From Spirochaetia bacterium (lineage in GTDB: Bacteria; Spirochaetota; Spirochaetia; DSM-27196; Salinispiraceae): a stretch of 64,000 nt of DNA. The translations under genes and the position numbers were made by a program. Below are positions 10,542 to 20,398 of the stretch, piece after piece (within the stretch, counting starts at the first letter, position 1; every line of letters begins with the position of its first letter). The stretch covers positions 288,001-352,000 of the forward strand of contig JBBRCZ010000001.1 of the NCBI GenBank assembly GCA_038204425.1. The letters run 5' to 3'. The notes under the pieces were generated by a model. The model saw nothing but the letters and a program-made list of their open reading frames with translations. It had not been told where the DNA came from and did not search any database.

Positions 10542-11690
10542 ATGAATGTAGCCGACGATGAACTTAAAACCGCAAAAAAGCTCTACCAGCAAAAAAAATT
10601 TTCAGAACTCATAAAGCTTTTGGCATCGCATGTATTTATATACCGCCAAGTGGCTGAATATTTTAAATTAATTGGGCTTGCTTCCTTACAACTTAACGAT
10701 TTTGCAGGAGCGCATTCTTATCTACTGCGTGCCAACGACTTAAAGCCAGAGTGTTTTGAAGTCCAAACCGGTCTAGCCTGTACTTTTCTACAAAGACGAG
10801 ACGAGACCAACGCAGTGAGTATTTTGCTAAAACTTCAGGAACAAAAGCGTCATAAGGCTTTTGCTGAAAATTTTCTAAATTTCATTCGTAACCACTCTGG
10901 CGCCGATTGGAGCAAACTGGCTCAATCGGATCAGCTGGCTGATTTTTTTCCCCACATATCCTTTAATCTGATGCGCTTTTTGGTGCAACATCATTTGGCA
11001 GTGTGGTCAGGCATAAGTGCTGTTGCCGTCTTGGTGACAGTTTTGAGCATAGTCAATCTTGAGCAACAAGCATCGGATAGGTTTAGGGACATAACGCTAA
11101 AGCAGAATTTGGACCCAGCGCTTTTGAAAGAAAGCGAAGCTAAGCTGCTATCTACTGACGAGCTGTTTTCTAAGTTAAAGTATGCAATTCCAATTACGCA
11201 ACTCAATCAGACAGAGCAGAACAAGCTTTTTGCAGATACAAGCAACTATTTTAACCAATACCGAGACAATCTTGCCCGACAAAGTGCTAACAAAATTCTC
11301 CTCGCAAATGCTAACGATGTTTTGGTGCAAAAGCTCAAGCAGCTGACCATCTACTTTCGTGAACCAAATTTTGTCAACTTTCGAGACAATGTTGACTACA
11401 AAGACTTAGTCAAAGCACCTTGGTACTTTGCTGGCTGTTATGTGCGCTGGACAGGGAAGGTTAGTAATCTTTTAGTAAAAGAAGATCAAATATCTTTCAC
11501 CCTCTTGAAGGGCTACGAGAAGGGGCGACTGGTAGAAGCTGAAGTTGATGTTAAGCTCTACTTTCCTATCCAGCTTTATAACGACGCCGCCATTGAGCTG
11601 ATTGGCCAAGTTAATCTTGATCGAATCACCAAAGGGTTGTTCTTTCTCAAGGCTATCTCAATCCGCCAAATTCGACCGTCTGTTCTATGA
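10542..11690 (+). CDS. TPR-containing bitopic membrane protein with possible C-terminal OB-fold
   Basis: N-terminal TPR-like helices, one TM (AVWSGISAVAVLVTVLSIV) and a beta-rich C-terminus (YVRWTGKVSN). Confidence 0.65.
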   Translation: MNVADDELKTAKKLYQQKKFSELIKLLASHVFIYRQVAEYFKLIGLASLQLNDFAGAHSYLLRANDLKPECFEVQTGLACTFLQRRDETNAVSILLKLQEQKRHKAFAENFLNFIRNHSGADWSKLAQSDQLADFFPHISFNLMRFLVQHHLAVWSGISAVAVLVTVLSIVNLEQQASDRFRDITLKQNLDPALLKESEAKLLSTDELFSKLKYAIPITQLNQTEQNKLFADTSNYFNQYRDNLARQSANKILLANANDVLVQKLKQLTIYFREPNFVNFRDNVDYKDLVKAPWYFAGCYVRWTGKVSNLLVKEDQISFTLLKGYEKGRLVEAEVDVKLYFPIQLYNDAAIELIGQVNLDRITKGLFFLKAISIRQIRPSVL

Positions 11691-11728
11691 CGCAGATGGT
11701 AACGAGCCAGTGAGCTCCAATTTTTTTC

Positions 11729-12832
11729 TTAAAAGAAGAGCTTCAAACCGCCAAAATAATTGTCCACATCAAAGTCGTCAAAGAACGGTGTCAGTGATTT
11801 TTGTTGGTGCACGCGCATAATTAACTCGGCCGCGAGTTTTGCAGCTGATACTACATGCAGGTAAGGCATTTGGCTGCGAACATAGTCAGTAATTTCAATG
11901 CTGTCGGTTGCCACAACGTTGTTCAACAAACCCTCTTGATAGAGCTGATTGAGTCGCTTAATCGCAGGGTCGGAGAAAACAGCGTGTACAATCGCAATAT
12001 TAACTTTAGCAACTTTTCTATTCTTTAGCTCTTTGACAAGTGCATACACAGAACCTGCCGTGTCAATCATGTCATCAACAATCCAAATTTCTTTTCCTTC
12101 AAGTGCGATGTCAGAAAGTATACGAATTGACTCCACGGTGTTCTGTTGATTGTAGTCACGTTGTTTGTGTGCAATCACTAAGGGTGCGCCAAAGGCCTCA
12201 GCATACTTTTTTGCAAGCTTCTCACCACCTGCGTCAACCGAGCAAAAAGCCCAGTTGGAACGAACATGGTTACGTAGATTTTCTTGGTCACCTATAAACT
12301 GACTTGCAATAAACTCCTTTACCAAGGGAGTCGCTGGCACATCGTCAATTGCACATAAGAGCGGATCAATCGCTGATCTACTTTTGTCGGAATGTAGTTG
12401 AAAAGTTATAATATGATCAACACCGAGACTAATCAGCGTTTTAGTGTGAACCCAAAAGCCAACCGAGTTGCGTCGTGTGGTTCTATCTGAACGGCTTGAG
12501 CTAAAGAATGGTTCTACCAAGGTAATTCGCCCGGCATCTGACCGCTTGATAGCATCAACAGCGTGGTAGAGCTCCATCTTATTTTCATCAAGTGGAATGC
12601 CTTGAGAATTTCTACCCGCGCCAGCAATTAAGAAAACGTCTTTGCCACGAAGCGACGAAAGTATTTCAACTTCCATTTCGCCGTCAGCAAATTTTACACA
12701 ACGCATCTTGCCGATAAAGTCCTTGGCATATGATTTGTTGTGGAGTTCTGGAAAACTTAGTAGTTGATAGGCAACCTTCGATGCAAAATCAGTCATCGAG
12801 CGGGTCGCAAGCACAAGTAAATCGCCTCTCAT
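11729..12832 (-). CDS. prs: Ribose-phosphate pyrophosphokinase
   Basis: FADGE, SRSDR, LHS, AHKQR and the PRPP-binding IVDDMIDTAGS motif. Confidence 0.93.
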   Translation of the reverse strand: MRGDLLVLATRSMTDFASKVAYQLLSFPELHNKSYAKDFIGKMRCVKFADGEMEVEILSSLRGKDVFLIAGAGRNSQGIPLDENKMELYHAVDAIKRSDAGRITLVEPFFSSSRSDRTTRRNSVGFWVHTKTLISLGVDHIITFQLHSDKSRSAIDPLLCAIDDVPATPLVKEFIASQFIGDQENLRNHVRSNWAFCSVDAGGEKLAKKYAEAFGAPLVIAHKQRDYNQQNTVESIRILSDIALEGKEIWIVDDMIDTAGSVYALVKELKNRKVAKVNIAIVHAVFSDPAIKRLNQLYQEGLLNNVVATDSIEITDYVRSQMPYLHVVSAAKLAAELIMRVHQQKSLTPFFDDFDVDNYFGGLKLFF

Positions 12833-12843
12833 AATTGTTGGTC

Positions 12844-12872
12844 ATTGTAGAGAATTGTTAGCGATTTGTCAA
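12844..12872 (-). promoter_or_regulatory. sigma70 promoter for prs, TTGACA-N17-TACAAT
   Basis: Near-consensus. The -10 box ends 11 nt before the ATG and no SD is present. Confidence 0.75.
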
Positions 12873-12901
12873 AAGGCTTGTTATTGAGAAAGTTTGCTCG
12901 C

Positions 12902-12931
12902 TTGACGACAAAATTGGCCTATCGGTATACT
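12902..12931 (+). promoter_or_regulatory. sigma70 promoter for recA, TTGACG-N18-TATACT
   Basis: Near-consensus hexamers upstream of recA, divergent from the prs promoter. Confidence 0.65.
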
Positions 12932-12996
12932 GATAAAATCCGCAGTCGTTCCGGCCGCGTATTATATCAGCAGAGTAACTAGGCCGGGGAGGAATC

Positions 12997-14181
12997 ATGG
13001 CAAAGAAAGAAATGAAAGAAGCAGTACAGGTTGTAACTGTTGGAGCGGAAAAAGTTAAGGCACTTGAGGTTGCTCGTTCGCATATTGAGCAGCAGTTTGG
13101 CAAGGGCGCATTGATGAAGCTAGGGTCGGGTAATCAAAATCTTAACATTGAAGTCATATCCTCAGGAGCAATCGCAATTGACGAGGCTCTTGGTGTAGGT
13201 GGGTTTCCTAGGGGAAGAATAATTGAAATCTTTGGTCCAGAGTCTTCTGGAAAAACAACTTTGGCATTGCATGTTGTAGCCGAAGCACAAAAACAAGGTG
13301 GTATTGCCGCTTTTATTGATGCAGAACATGCACTTGATCCTGTCTATGCCAAAAATCTTGGCGTAAACACTGAGGAGCTGTGGGTTTCGCAACCTGACAA
13401 CGGAGAACAAGCGCTTGAAATAGCTGAAAGCTTAGTTAGGTCCGGCGCTGTGGATGTAATTGTGGTGGATTCTGTAGCTGCTCTTGTTCCACAGGCCGAA
13501 ATTCAAGGCGAGATGGGCGACAGTCACGTTGGCTTGCAAGCAAGATTGATGAGTCAGGCGCTGCGTAAACTCACTGGCACTATTTCAAAATCAGGCACGT
13601 GCCTTATTTTTATCAATCAAATCCGCATGAAGATTGGTGTCATGTTTGGGAATCCCGAGACTACTACAGGCGGCAACGCGCTTAAGTTCTATGCCTCAGT
13701 GAGAGTTGAGGTAAGACGGGTAGAAACGATTACGCAAGGCGCGGACAACGCGGTTGGTAATCATGTTAGAGTCAAGATTGTAAAAAATAAGGTTTCACCG
13801 CCCTTCAAAAAGGTAGATGTGGACATATTTTTTGGAAAAGGCATTTCTGCTTTATCTAGTTTGATTGATATTGCAGTTGCTCACGAATTGATACAAAAGA
13901 GTGGTAGTTGGTATTCCTATGGAGAGGAACGTATTGGTCAGGGAAAAGACAATGCGCGCGAATTTTTGGAAAAGAATCCAACTATAGCAGCAGAAATAGA
14001 CAAAACTCTGCGTTTGAAGCTTTTTCCTTATCATTACAATAAAGAAGGCATTGCTAAACATGCGTCTAGTGACAACCTGCAAGAAAAGTCTCCGCCGAAG
14101 GCGCCTAGTGCGGGTGCAAACGCCAAGGCCACTGTTGCAAAGTCGCTTGAGTCAGCTGCACCGAGTGAGGACCTTTTCTGA
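12997..14181 (+). CDS. recA: Recombinase RecA
   Basis: [26 protein letters not shown] and GGNALKFY motifs. SD GGAGGA. Confidence 0.99.
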   Translation: MAKKEMKEAVQVVTVGAEKVKALEVARSHIEQQFGKGALMKLGSGNQNLNIEVISSGAIAIDEALGVGGFPRGRIIEIFGPESSGKTTLALHVVAEAQKQGGIAAFIDAEHALDPVYAKNLGVNTEELWVSQPDNGEQALEIAESLVRSGAVDVIVVDSVAALVPQAEIQGEMGDSHVGLQARLMSQALRKLTGTISKSGTCLIFINQIRMKIGVMFGNPETTTGGNALKFYASVRVEVRRVETITQGADNAVGNHVRVKIVKNKVSPPFKKVDVDIFFGKGISALSSLIDIAVAHELIQKSGSWYSYGEERIGQGKDNAREFLEKNPTIAAEIDKTLRLKLFPYHYNKEGIAKHASSDNLQEKSPPKAPSAGANAKATVAKSLESAAPSEDLF

Positions 14182-14687
14182 TACAAAGCGAGCAAACCGT
14201 ATTCATTGGAATTGGTGGAAACCTAAAAACAAGTGGCCTGGCCATTGCCGCAGCTTTGACAAAATTCAAAGCTGACGGTTTTCTTTTGAAAGTATCTTCT
14301 CTCTATAAGTCCGCTCCGCAAGACTATCTTGAACAAGATGATTTTCTAAACTGCGTAGCAAAACTACACTGGCAAACTAACTCTGTTGATTTGCTGGAGT
14401 ATCTACAATCGATCGAATACGCTGCAGGTCGAAGGCGGAGTGAGCAAATAGCAAAGGGTCCTCGTGTTCTTGACCTTGATATTCTTTTATTTGGTGACCA
14501 AATTATTGATACTGAGAGACTGAAAGTTCCCCATAAACAGATGCACCAGCGACGCTTTGTGCTTGAGCCACTGCTTGAGCTGGCAGCGGATATCAAAGAT
14601 CCTGTTTCAAAAAGGCAGTACAAGAACTTCCTCGAAGCCTGTGCAAGTCAAGCTATTTACTCAAAACGGAGCATTCTGGTACACTGA
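14178..14687 (+). CDS. folK: 2-amino-4-hydroxy-6-hydroxymethyldihydropteridine pyrophosphokinase (start proposed at CTG 14178)
   Basis: VFIGIGGNL lies in frame upstream of the first TTG at 14256. Also [26 protein letters not shown] and RRFVLEPL motifs. Confidence 0.92.
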   Translation: MIQSEQTVFIGIGGNLKTSGLAIAAALTKFKADGFLLKVSSLYKSAPQDYLEQDDFLNCVAKLHWQTNSVDLLEYLQSIEYAAGRRRSEQIAKGPRVLDLDILLFGDQIIDTERLKVPHKQMHQRRFVLEPLLELAADIKDPVSKRQYKNFLEACASQAIYSKRSILVH

Positions 14688-14696
14688 TCCACTCGT

Positions 14697-15494
14697 ATGA
14701 AAAACACAGCAGAAATAGATCAAGAAAAGTCTGAGGGCGATTCCTATCGCATTCACCTGCAAGAATTTGAGGGGCCGCTAGACTTACTGCTTTTTCTTAT
14801 TAAAAAAAACGAAGTAAACATCTACGATATACCGATTTCGCGCATCACAGAACAGTATCTTTTATACATTAAGTTCAATACGCGCGTTGATTTAGAAAAT
14901 ATAACTGAGTTCTACCTGATGGCAGCGACTCTGATCTACGTTAAATCAAGAATGCTGCTTCCAGTAGAAGTTGATCTTGAACAAGAAATGGATGACCCAC
15001 GAAAAGAGTTGGTCGAGCGCCTAATTGAGTATCAAAAATATAAAAAGTTGTCGCAGCTGATGTCAGAAAAAGAAGAAGAGGCTGAGTGGTACATTGAACG
15101 CAGAAAACTGCAACAACCATTCAATTTTGCCGACGACCAACAGTTATGGGAGCAGATTGAGGTCTGGGATCTACTGAAGACTTTCTCAAGTGTCATGAAG
15201 GGATTAAGTCCCGAGCGAATCATCAACCTTTACGAAGAGGTTTCGGTTAATGAAAAAATCAGTTTGATCAATGAGCTCTTGGAACTAAAAGGGTTTTTAC
15301 TCTTTACTGAGTTGATTACCAGGTCTGAGTCGTTGATGGAAATTATTTGCGCCTTTTTGGCCGTTCTTGAGTGCGTTAAAGTGCGAAGAATTAGAATTCT
15401 ACAAAACAAAATTTTTGGGGATATTCGCATAGAGGCCCGGGCGCAAGAATTGCACGATACTGAATATACTGAGGTACCTGGAGAGGAGGAATGA
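14697..15494 (+). CDS. scpA: Segregation and condensation protein A
   Basis: FEGPLDLLLFLI, IYDIPI, KSRMLLP and FLAVLE motifs. Confidence 0.95.
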   Translation: MKNTAEIDQEKSEGDSYRIHLQEFEGPLDLLLFLIKKNEVNIYDIPISRITEQYLLYIKFNTRVDLENITEFYLMAATLIYVKSRMLLPVEVDLEQEMDDPRKELVERLIEYQKYKKLSQLMSEKEEEAEWYIERRKLQQPFNFADDQQLWEQIEVWDLLKTFSSVMKGLSPERIINLYEEVSVNEKISLINELLELKGFLLFTELITRSESLMEIICAFLAVLECVKVRRIRILQNKIFGDIRIEARAQELHDTEYTEVPGEEE

Positions 15495-16027
15495 AACTGG
15501 AAAAGGAAATGGCAATTCTCGAAGCGCTTCTGTTTCTTGAAAACGAAGCTGTTGACAGCAAAACACTTTCGAGGTTAAGTGGCATTCCACTTCAAGCGGT
15601 TGAGCAAATTCTGGTGCAGATCAAAGAGCACTTTGACTTGGAACAACATGGAATCGAGTTAGTACAACTGGGAAGCGGCTATACCTTTGCTCCCAAAAAA
15701 GACCTTTGGGAAAATTTAAAGGACCGATACGGAAAAAAGAACGAACAGAAGCTTTCTAAAGCTTCGATGGAAACATTGTCTATAATTGCCTACTCCCAAC
15801 CAGTAACAAGGCCCGAGATTGATAGTATACGGGGCGTTTCTTCAGACGGGAGCATAAAAATGCTCTTGATGCGAAATTTGGTTCAAGAGGTTGGCAAGAA
15901 AGACGCACCAGGCAGACCGATCCAGTATGGGACAACACGGGAATTTCTTAAAGTTTTTAGACTTACAAGCATTTCTGAACTACCAAAACTTGGGGATATT
16001 GAAAGGGAAAGATTTGAACTCAATTGA
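15491..16027 (+). CDS. scpB: Segregation and condensation protein B
   Basis: LEALLF, ETLSIIAYSQPVTR, IRGV and PGRPIQYGTT motifs. Confidence 0.96.
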   Translation: MKLEKEMAILEALLFLENEAVDSKTLSRLSGIPLQAVEQILVQIKEHFDLEQHGIELVQLGSGYTFAPKKDLWENLKDRYGKKNEQKLSKASMETLSIIAYSQPVTRPEIDSIRGVSSDGSIKMLLMRNLVQEVGKKDAPGRPIQYGTTREFLKVFRLTSISELPKLGDIERERFELN

Positions 16028-16847
16028 CGACGAAGGAAATGACTTTGAAGCAACAAAACAAGAATTGGTAAAAAAAGACTGGGATTTCAAGAAAGAAGAA
16101 ATCGAAGACAATCTTCAGTCAATTAGACTGCAAGTGTATCTGTCACATGCCGGTATCTCTTCGAGACGGGCAGCTGAAGAAATCATTGAATCCGGAAAAG
16201 TACGCGTTAACGGTAAAATCATCAAAGAACGCGGTCACCGTGTGCTTACCAGCGATGAAGTCCGTCTCGATGGTAAAATTATCCATCTTGTCCAAAAAAA
16301 AATATACGTCGCTCTCAACAAACCCGAAATGTTTGTTTGCACTAACGACGATCCGGAAAACAGGAGTCTGGCTGTTGATCTCATCCATAGTTATCACGAT
16401 TTGAGACTATTCTCTGTTGGCAGACTAGACTTTCTGTCTTCAGGTTTGATCATTTATACCAATGATGGCAATTTTGCCAACACGGTTGCACATCCGCGAT
16501 CAGGAATCGAAAAAGAGTATGAGATTGAAGCTCGAAAAGAAATCACTGATGACTTCCTCAATGAATTTGTAAAGGGTATCCATGCTGCTGGTGAGAAGTA
16601 CCAAATCAAATCATACAAAAAGTTAGCTCCTCGTAAGGTTTCGCTTGTACTCACTGAAGGAAAAAATCGAGAAATTCGCAATGCTTGTGCAGCCCGTAAG
16701 GTAACTATAAAGTCACTAAAAAGAGTACGTATAGGAACCTTAAAAATAGGAAATCTCGCGCTTGGCGCCTACCGTTTGCTCAGCCAGTCTGAATTAGAAT
16801 GGTTTATGTCCCAATCAAAGAAGGGAAGTCATGGTCGTCGCCATTGA
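16014..16847 (+). CDS. rluB: rRNA pseudouridine synthase (RsuA/RluB family, S4 domain)
   Basis: RLQVYLSHAGISSRR, NKP, VGRLD and EGKNREIR motifs. Start placed at TTG 16014; the ORF-track start of 15891 overlaps scpB heavily. Confidence 0.88.
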   Translation: MNSIDDEGNDFEATKQELVKKDWDFKKEEIEDNLQSIRLQVYLSHAGISSRRAAEEIIESGKVRVNGKIIKERGHRVLTSDEVRLDGKIIHLVQKKIYVALNKPEMFVCTNDDPENRSLAVDLIHSYHDLRLFSVGRLDFLSSGLIIYTNDGNFANTVAHPRSGIEKEYEIEARKEITDDFLNEFVKGIHAAGEKYQIKSYKKLAPRKVSLVLTEGKNREIRNACAARKVTIKSLKRVRIGTLKIGNLALGAYRLLSQSELEWFMSQSKKGSHGRRH

Positions 16848-17484
16848 TGGCCCTGCAGGAGCAGGCAAAAGTTCAGTTGCTCGTTTTGTAAGCCAAAGTC
16901 TGGGTTTTACCTATCTCAACTCCGGAAGTCTTTATCGTGGGATTGCCGCGCTCTGTATTCGCAGCAAGCTGGCCCATAGCGAAGAAGAGATTTTAAAGCT
17001 GTCCAGACAGATCCAATTTTCCTTTAAGGATGACCAACTCTATAATGGGTTTGAAAATATCGAGGGACTGCTTCGGACTGACACTGTTGATGCCTTGGTT
17101 TCTGAGGTAGCTGTATTTCCTGAACTACGAATAAGTGTAAATCAAATATTGATTGAGCAAAGCAAAAATAAAAACGTTGTTGTCGAGGGACGAGATATGA
17201 CAACTGTGGTCTTCCCCAACGCAGAAATCAAGTTCTACCTCGACGCACATTCATCAACTCGAGCCCTTCGCAGACACGCTCAAGGAACAAGTCAACTTAG
17301 CATCCTTGACATCGAAAGTTCAATCAAGCAAAGAGATAGTGCAGATCAAAACCGCGAAATTGGTCAGCTCAAAATTGCAAGCGACGCCGAATATATAGAC
17401 ACTACAGGCTTGACGATCCAACAAGTTTGTGCAAGAGTAGTCCAATCCATCCAAGGATACTTATTGCGGCAGGAGAAAAGTTAA
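16831..17484 (+). CDS. cmk: Cytidylate kinase
   Basis: AIDGPAGAGKSS and VVEGRDMTTVVFP motifs. Confidence 0.96.
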   Translation: MVVAIDGPAGAGKSSVARFVSQSLGFTYLNSGSLYRGIAALCIRSKLAHSEEEILKLSRQIQFSFKDDQLYNGFENIEGLLRTDTVDALVSEVAVFPELRISVNQILIEQSKNKNVVVEGRDMTTVVFPNAEIKFYLDAHSSTRALRRHAQGTSQLSILDIESSIKQRDSADQNREIGQLKIASDAEYIDTTGLTIQQVCARVVQSIQGYLLRQEKS

Positions 17485-17488
17485 GGAC

Positions 17489-19195
17489 ATGGCACATAAG
17501 GCATTGAACGGTACAAACGGACCTATTTCTGGGTCTCAGCAGGAATTACAGGAAGAGTATTTAAAATCTTTGGATGAGCTTGAAGCCGGGCAGCTTGTCG
17601 AGGGGACAGTTGTTGCACTCAGTGATGAGCACGTTTTTGTTGACGTTGGATACAAATCAGAAGGAAAAATCCTTCTTGATGAGTTTGATGTCAAGCCAAA
17701 AAACGGTGATAAAATTCAAGTTGTATTGATTACAAAAGAAGGCCGTCATGGCGAAGTTGTTGTTTCAAAGCGAAAAGCAGATGAGAAGGTCTCTTGGCGA
17801 GATCTAAAAGATGCGTTTCAAGAAGGCCAAGCAGTACCCGGCAAGGTTGTTAAGATTGTTAAGGGCGGCTTTGAGGTTCTCTTGATGAAGGCCAGTAAAG
17901 CATTTAACCCCATTTCTAAGATGGATCTATTTCGCATAGAAAACCCCGAAACTTATTTAAATCTGGAATCTACTTTTTTAATCGAGCGCCTTTTTCATGA
18001 GGGAAGAATAAACATTATTGTTTCTCGCCGCGCTTGGTTAGAAAAAGAAGTAGCAAAAAACAAGTCTGAGTTTTTTGATAGCAAAAATGAAGGTGATACC
18101 GTAGAAGGTGAAGTTAAGTCTTTTACCAGTTTTGGCGCCTTTGTTGACCTTGGTGGATTTGACGGACTACTTCACATTAATGATATGAGCTGGGGCCACG
18201 TAACAAGGCCAAAAGACTATGTTAAAAAAGGTCAAAAACTACAGCTAATCGTTTCAAAACTTGACAAAGAAACACAAAAAATCAACCTTTCTCTAAAGGA
18301 AACTACAGCTAATCCTTGGGATTCTTTTAATGACCGTTATCAGGTCGATGACGTGATAAAAGGTAAGGTTACTAAACTAACTGACTTTGGTGCTTTTATA
18401 GAACTTGAGGAAGGTATTGAAGGTCTTGTCCATATCTCAGAATTGTCTTGGACCAAGAGAGTCAAGAATCCCAAAGAAATCCTAAAGGTTGGTGATGACG
18501 TCGAGGCCAAGGTGCTCGGCTTTGACCTCGAAGCAAGAAAAGTCTCTTTGGGAATGAAGCAGATCATGACTAATCCTTGGGATAGCATCGATACGCTGTA
18601 CCCCGTAGGTACTAAACTTACAAGAAAAGTAAAAAAAATTACCCAAAATGGAGCGTTCATAGAGCTTGAAGAAGGTATTGATGCCTATTTGAGTCTTGAT
18701 GATGTGTCTTGGACTAAGAAACCAAAGTCAATGAACCAAGTTGTTCAAGAAGAGCAGGATATTGAAGTTGTGGTAATTACAGCTGATCCTGAACACAGAA
18801 ATATTCGTGTTGGAGTTAAACAGCTATCTGACGACCCTTGGACAAGTCTCAAGGCCAACTTCCCAGAAGGAAGTGCCATCAGCGGAGAGATTACTAATAT
18901 TACTGATTTTGGCATGTTCGTTCGTATTGCAGGCGGAATCGAAGGTTTGATTCCAAAGTCTCATATTTGTGATACTCGGTATCAGAACGCGGATGAAGAA
19001 ATCAAAAAATTTAAATCCGGAGATACAGTAAAGGCAATCGTAGCAGAGATTCAACTGTCCAAACAAAAATTGTCATTGTCTTTAAAGGACTTACAGCGCC
19101 AAGTTGAACAAAGTGATTTTGCCAAATACCTGCATGATGCCGACGGTGAAAAAAGTACCATGTCACTAGGTGACTTTATCAAAAAAGAAGACTAG
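17489..19195 (+). CDS. rpsA: 30S ribosomal protein S1
   Basis: Six S1 repeats (FGAFVDLGGFDGLLH, FGAFIELEEGIEGLVH). Lies downstream of cmk. Confidence 0.97.
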   Translation: MAHKALNGTNGPISGSQQELQEEYLKSLDELEAGQLVEGTVVALSDEHVFVDVGYKSEGKILLDEFDVKPKNGDKIQVVLITKEGRHGEVVVSKRKADEKVSWRDLKDAFQEGQAVPGKVVKIVKGGFEVLLMKASKAFNPISKMDLFRIENPETYLNLESTFLIERLFHEGRINIIVSRRAWLEKEVAKNKSEFFDSKNEGDTVEGEVKSFTSFGAFVDLGGFDGLLHINDMSWGHVTRPKDYVKKGQKLQLIVSKLDKETQKINLSLKETTANPWDSFNDRYQVDDVIKGKVTKLTDFGAFIELEEGIEGLVHISELSWTKRVKNPKEILKVGDDVEAKVLGFDLEARKVSLGMKQIMTNPWDSIDTLYPVGTKLTRKVKKITQNGAFIELEEGIDAYLSLDDVSWTKKPKSMNQVVQEEQDIEVVVITADPEHRNIRVGVKQLSDDPWTSLKANFPEGSAISGEITNITDFGMFVRIAGGIEGLIPKSHICDTRYQNADEEIKKFKSGDTVKAIVAEIQLSKQKLSLSLKDLQRQVEQSDFAKYLHDADGEKSTMSLGDFIKKED

Positions 19196-19211
19196 TAGCG
19201 AGATTAGTTGA

Positions 19212-20369
19212 TTGAGCATAGAATCGGAATTGTTTCACTGCTTTAGAAAGGATCATTTGGCCATTATTGGTGTAAATGATCCTTTTTTTTGGCGAATGTT
19301 AAATGACGTGCTTATCCATTTGGGATTGACAGCCGACGATCTCAGTCTTGATGGTAGTTTGTTGACGCTATTAATCTCCAGTAAAACTGAGGTTGACTTA
19401 ATAGCGTTGGCTTATCTGAATGACTTGATGCAGTATCTCTTTCACAAAATATTCATAGAGATGTCCTTTAGCATCACTACGGATAAAAAGAAGGCATTGC
19501 TATCTGTAAGTGTTCCTTGCCCAAGTCTCGAGCATGATTTTAAAAAGCTAGAAAAGATGGCTCATAGCAAGCTTCCCGTGTTTATTAGTGGCGACACAGG
19601 AGTAGGCAAGTCCTTTCTTGCTTCCTATATTCACGAAATATCACAGTGCATCGGTGAAAAAGTGGTAGTTCCACTGGCTACGCTTCCAAATGATTTGTTT
19701 GAAGCTGAGTTGTTTGGCACAGTCGCAGGTGCCTTTACCGATGGTGTCTATGACAGAAAGGGTAGGGTGGGGCAAGCAATTAACGGAACCCTGATCTTAG
19801 AAGAGATTTCGGATGCGTCACTTCAAGCCCAATCTAAGCTTTTTGAAATTCTTGATAGTGGTATGTATAGGCCACTTGGTGCAGGCCATGACAAGCCGAG
19901 TCGTATAAAAATTATAGTTACTTCTCGGTTTCCCTTGGAAACCTTGCTCAGCAAAAAAGTAATCCTGCCGGATCTTCTGTTTAGACTTAATGCTCTTCAG
20001 ATTAACCTGCTTCCAATTTCTAAACGACCAGAAGATATTTTGCATACGGTAGAACAGTTTGTCACTGAGCGGGGATTGGATGCTATGGCTAGAACTAAGC
20101 TAATGGATACCTGTCTTTCAGGGGCGTGGCCTGGGAACTTCAGAGAACTTAAGGGGTACTTGGAGACTCTAAATATAGAAGAAACTAAGACCACGAGTGC
20201 GGTAGAAAGCACGCAAAAAACGCTAAGATTCCGACTTGATCGCTACAAAAAAATTGTACTGTATGATACAATCCTTCAGTGTAATGGAAACATCACTCAA
20301 GCTTCGAAGGAGCTTGGAATTCAAAGATCGTATCTAAGTAGATTGGTCAACGAAAAAAATAAAGATTAA
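19212..20369 (+). CDS. NtrC/sigma54-activator-like AAA+ regulator with Fis HTH and atypical motifs
   Basis: Walker A GDTGVGKS, EAELFG, GAFTDG, WPGNFREL and a C-terminal GNITQASKELGI HTH. Confidence 0.85.
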   Translation: MSIESELFHCFRKDHLAIIGVNDPFFWRMLNDVLIHLGLTADDLSLDGSLLTLLISSKTEVDLIALAYLNDLMQYLFHKIFIEMSFSITTDKKKALLSVSVPCPSLEHDFKKLEKMAHSKLPVFISGDTGVGKSFLASYIHEISQCIGEKVVVPLATLPNDLFEAELFGTVAGAFTDGVYDRKGRVGQAINGTLILEEISDASLQAQSKLFEILDSGMYRPLGAGHDKPSRIKIIVTSRFPLETLLSKKVILPDLLFRLNALQINLLPISKRPEDILHTVEQFVTERGLDAMARTKLMDTCLSGAWPGNFRELKGYLETLNIEETKTTSAVESTQKTLRFRLDRYKKIVLYDTILQCNGNITQASKELGIQRSYLSRLVNEKNKD

Positions 20370-20398
20370 TGACTTGACGCAAGTACTAGGAGTTACAG

